This document shows, piece by piece, positions 34,488 through 36,847 of a stretch of 36,847 nucleotides of DNA (position 1 is the first letter of the stretch; each line of letters opens with the position of its first letter). The notes under the pieces were generated by a model. It saw nothing but the letters and a program-made list of their open reading frames with translations. It had not been told where the DNA came from and made no database searches. The stretch comes from Asterionella formosa (taxonomy: Eukaryota). The stretch covers positions 1 through 36,847 of the forward strand of contig NKIB01015270.1 in NCBI GenBank assembly GCA_002256025.1, in the 5' to 3' direction. A program made the translations under genes and the position numbers.

Positions 34488-34970
34488 TCTTCTTTTTTTG
34501 GGGATAATGTTATGTACGTATCATATTCGAATTGCTCTTTCTCACTCACTCTCTTTTGAAAAGTTTATGCAGGTTATCGAATGATGAATTGATATGTAAA
34601 TAGATTAAAGGATGATTAATTAAGTAGAAGTAGTGATGAAGCAATCGAACAATGATATCACATGAGTTTATTCACGACAGCACAATGAAGGCTGTGCATT
34701 TCGATCACTGTTGCTTCATCGTTGTATCAGCCTGTTTATCTTACGACCGGTTCTGTATGAGCGATATCATTGTTCTGTTTGATTGGTCAGGTAGTCTATG
34801 GTCAGGTAGTCTATTGTGCATTACATATACCTATATTAACGGTAGTCTGTCTGTAAGTCCGCCGCTCGTCGATACATTACAATCACCACCACCACTGGCA
34901 CAATGGAAACTGTTACCAAGAACTGAACATTGGATGTAGTCTTCAGGCAATTGGATTACCCCATCATGCA

Positions 34971-35658
34971 ATGGGCTGACCATGGCTGGGATGGAGAACC
35001 ATAGCCAAACTTGCCGTTTTCGGTGATCCACTTTCCATTGGACACTTTGTGTGCCGAAATCTCACAAACTCATTGGTGTTCCGGACTGTACTGCTGCATG
35101 ACATCATCAGAGCAATTTAATTACAATGTCGCTCATCTCAAACAATGTTGTCATCAAGCAGGGTTCCCTGCCTTTCATGAGACAACAGGCAAAGGAAACA
35201 GGTGTTGAATCTTATGCTGGAAGTTGTACCATTGGATTGAATGTGGCTGGCAGATCTGGTGACCACCTTGACTTTCTTTAGACGAGAATCCATTCAATAA
35301 GGATTGTTTTGAGAAATCAGCAACTGAGGCAGGATTAATGTCCAGAGTTGGCTATGAATCCAAGAATGCAACAGATATGGTACTTGGAAATAGTAATAGA
35401 GCTTTTCAACAGGCGAACATCATTCTGGTAGATCCACCTCGAAAGGGATTAGAGGAACCAGAATTGAACTCACTATGTTCATCGTCAATAAACGCGAAAT
35501 TGCTGGTATATGTAAGTTGTGGATTTGAAGCATTCAAGAGAGATTGTGGAGCCCTATTGGACTCTGGCAAATTGAGTTTAAACCAAGCAGAAGGTCATTT
35601 GCTCTTTCCAGGAAGTGATGCTATTGAAACCTTGGCCTTTTTTGTTGCTAAAAAATAA
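34971..35658 (+). pseudogene. Partial, internally deleted pseudogene copy of the 24964-26559 RNA methyltransferase
   Basis: ~34971-35197 matches ~25333-25547 with indels, then jumps to the equivalent of ~26104. 35281-35658 matches 26182-26559 with 8 substitutions by my count. The N-terminus is missing and the SAM motif is frameshifted. Confidence 0.9.
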
Positions 35659-36080
35659 CTAAATTTGAATTGTAAGAGATGTCGCTCATGGTTTGTTCAT
35701 ATACTTGTGGGTAAAAAATGTTATTGTAAATAGATCATGTCAACAAGAAGTGCTTTGTTTTATACAGCAATTGTCAACAATGTACATTTGCCACATTTGC
35801 AATGGTTGCTTGCATATCCAACCAAGTCAAATGGTGAATTGTTCACATAAATTTTGGTTGAAATTTTCTCCTCCCTTCTCATGGAGCAATATTTAATACT
35901 GCACACATGCTTTCCAGGAATGATGATGGCATTGTCATGAATTTTGAGAATTGACTCAATTAGATACCAACATTATTACAACTCATATTGCCTGAAGCTA
36001 CAAACATGTATAAGAAAAATGGTGTCAGGATGTGCTTGTAAGCTGTTGATTTTTACATGAGTTGCCCGAGAGCATCTGAA
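35659..36080 (+). repeat. Duplicated 3' flank of the methyltransferase (copy of ~26560-26975)
   Basis: Near-identical non-coding sequence 'ctaaatttgaattg...gctacaaacatgtataa...gagagcat'. Confidence 0.92.
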
Positions 36081-36359
36081 TGGAAACAGACAGTATTTAT
36101 ATAGTAGTAGAATGATATGCAAACCAAAGGCATGAAATTGATCTTGACAGGTTATCACTTTTAACAAAATCAAAGGTGTGAATAGGGACCCCACTCTGGA
36201 AACTCCTGGTACCACCTAAAAACTGAGAGTCATCCTTATGGGTGCTTTATACTGAGAGTCTTCCTTAAACAGGGTAATCACCACACATTTTTGAATCAAT
36301 ATTGTAAATATGATGTTTTTTTCAGACAAATCCTTATGAGGCAAAAACGATGACATGAG

Positions 36360-36530
36360 AAACTTTCATATGATCTCAAGAAATATTGACTCCACCCAAG
36401 GTGTAATCATGTACCGGTAAATAATCAGACCTAATAGTCCGGTACTAGAGAACCTGGTACAGGTAAACTTTCATATGATCTCAAGAAATATTGACTTCAC
36501 TCAAGGTGTAATCATGTACACAATCAGACC
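36360..36530. repeat. Direct repeat of ~66-72 bp (36360-36431 and 36465-36530)
   Basis: 'aaactttcatatgatctcaagaaatattgact(c/t)cac(c/t)caaggtgtaatcatgta...aatcagacc' occurs twice. Copy 1 has an extra CCGGTA. Confidence 0.92.
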
Positions 36531-36847
36531 AGTTGTACCGGTACCGGTACCAGGGTGGTACATGCAAAAAATTCAACCCCCAGTGCAACCTTTTAAGACC
36601 GTAGTGAAAGCTAGTGTACTAGCAGTCAACTAGCACTGTGTACAAAGGTAAACTACAAAAAACCCTGGTACCGGTATCAAAAGGCATTACCAAATTCATG
36701 AAACAACGTTTCGACTTCAATATCGCTCAACAGTGCAGCATAACCAGTTTGAGGCGCTTGCAAGTTGCAAACAAGTGCCACAACTGGGAGTTGATATTCT
36801 TTGGAATTCAAGCCTAATGAACAACCACATCGAATCGCAAAATGTGC

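Noticed and set aside
35338..35658. 106-aa ORF as a functional small methyltransferase
   Set aside because: It lacks the SAM-binding and FRQAN motifs, upstream homology is frameshifted, and substitutions are mostly non-synonymous. Treated as a pseudogene.

Overview
This is eukaryotic nuclear DNA, most likely a diatom or related stramenopile. That is inferred from the compact genes, the short 61-105 nt GT-AG introns (several with CTAAC/CTAAT/CTGAC-like branch sites) and the protein families present; no prokaryotic operon or CRISPR signal is seen. Twelve protein-coding genes can be modelled: an EamA/DMT transporter, a CRHC-motif protein, a Gfo/Idh/MocA oxidoreductase, a 1023-aa PDZ-like/Cys-motif protein, RPB5, a small SAP-like protein with a probable GC-AG intron, a type I DnaJ, a 1410-aa voltage-sensor/adenylyl cyclase-like fusion, a TrmA/RlmD-type methyltransferase, a protein with three hnRNP-Q acidic-like repeats, a signal-peptide glutaredoxin and a PhyH dioxygenase. 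The window also has a partial methyltransferase pseudogene, a degenerate tRNA-Ala-like element and a ~1.6-2 kb interspersed repeat in two copies. Four observations stand out. (1) Gene 5' regions are saturated with TA-(1-5 nt)-TA motifs (TACCGGTA, TACCAGGTA, TACCTGGTA), and paralogous comparisons show some are insertions at a duplicated TA, as expected for transposon excision footprints. (2) The channel-cyclase has lost both metal-binding aspartates. (3) Two unrelated neighbouring genes share a duplicated promoter and N-terminus. (4) The interspersed repeat appears to be organised head-to-tail. All alignments were done by eye.
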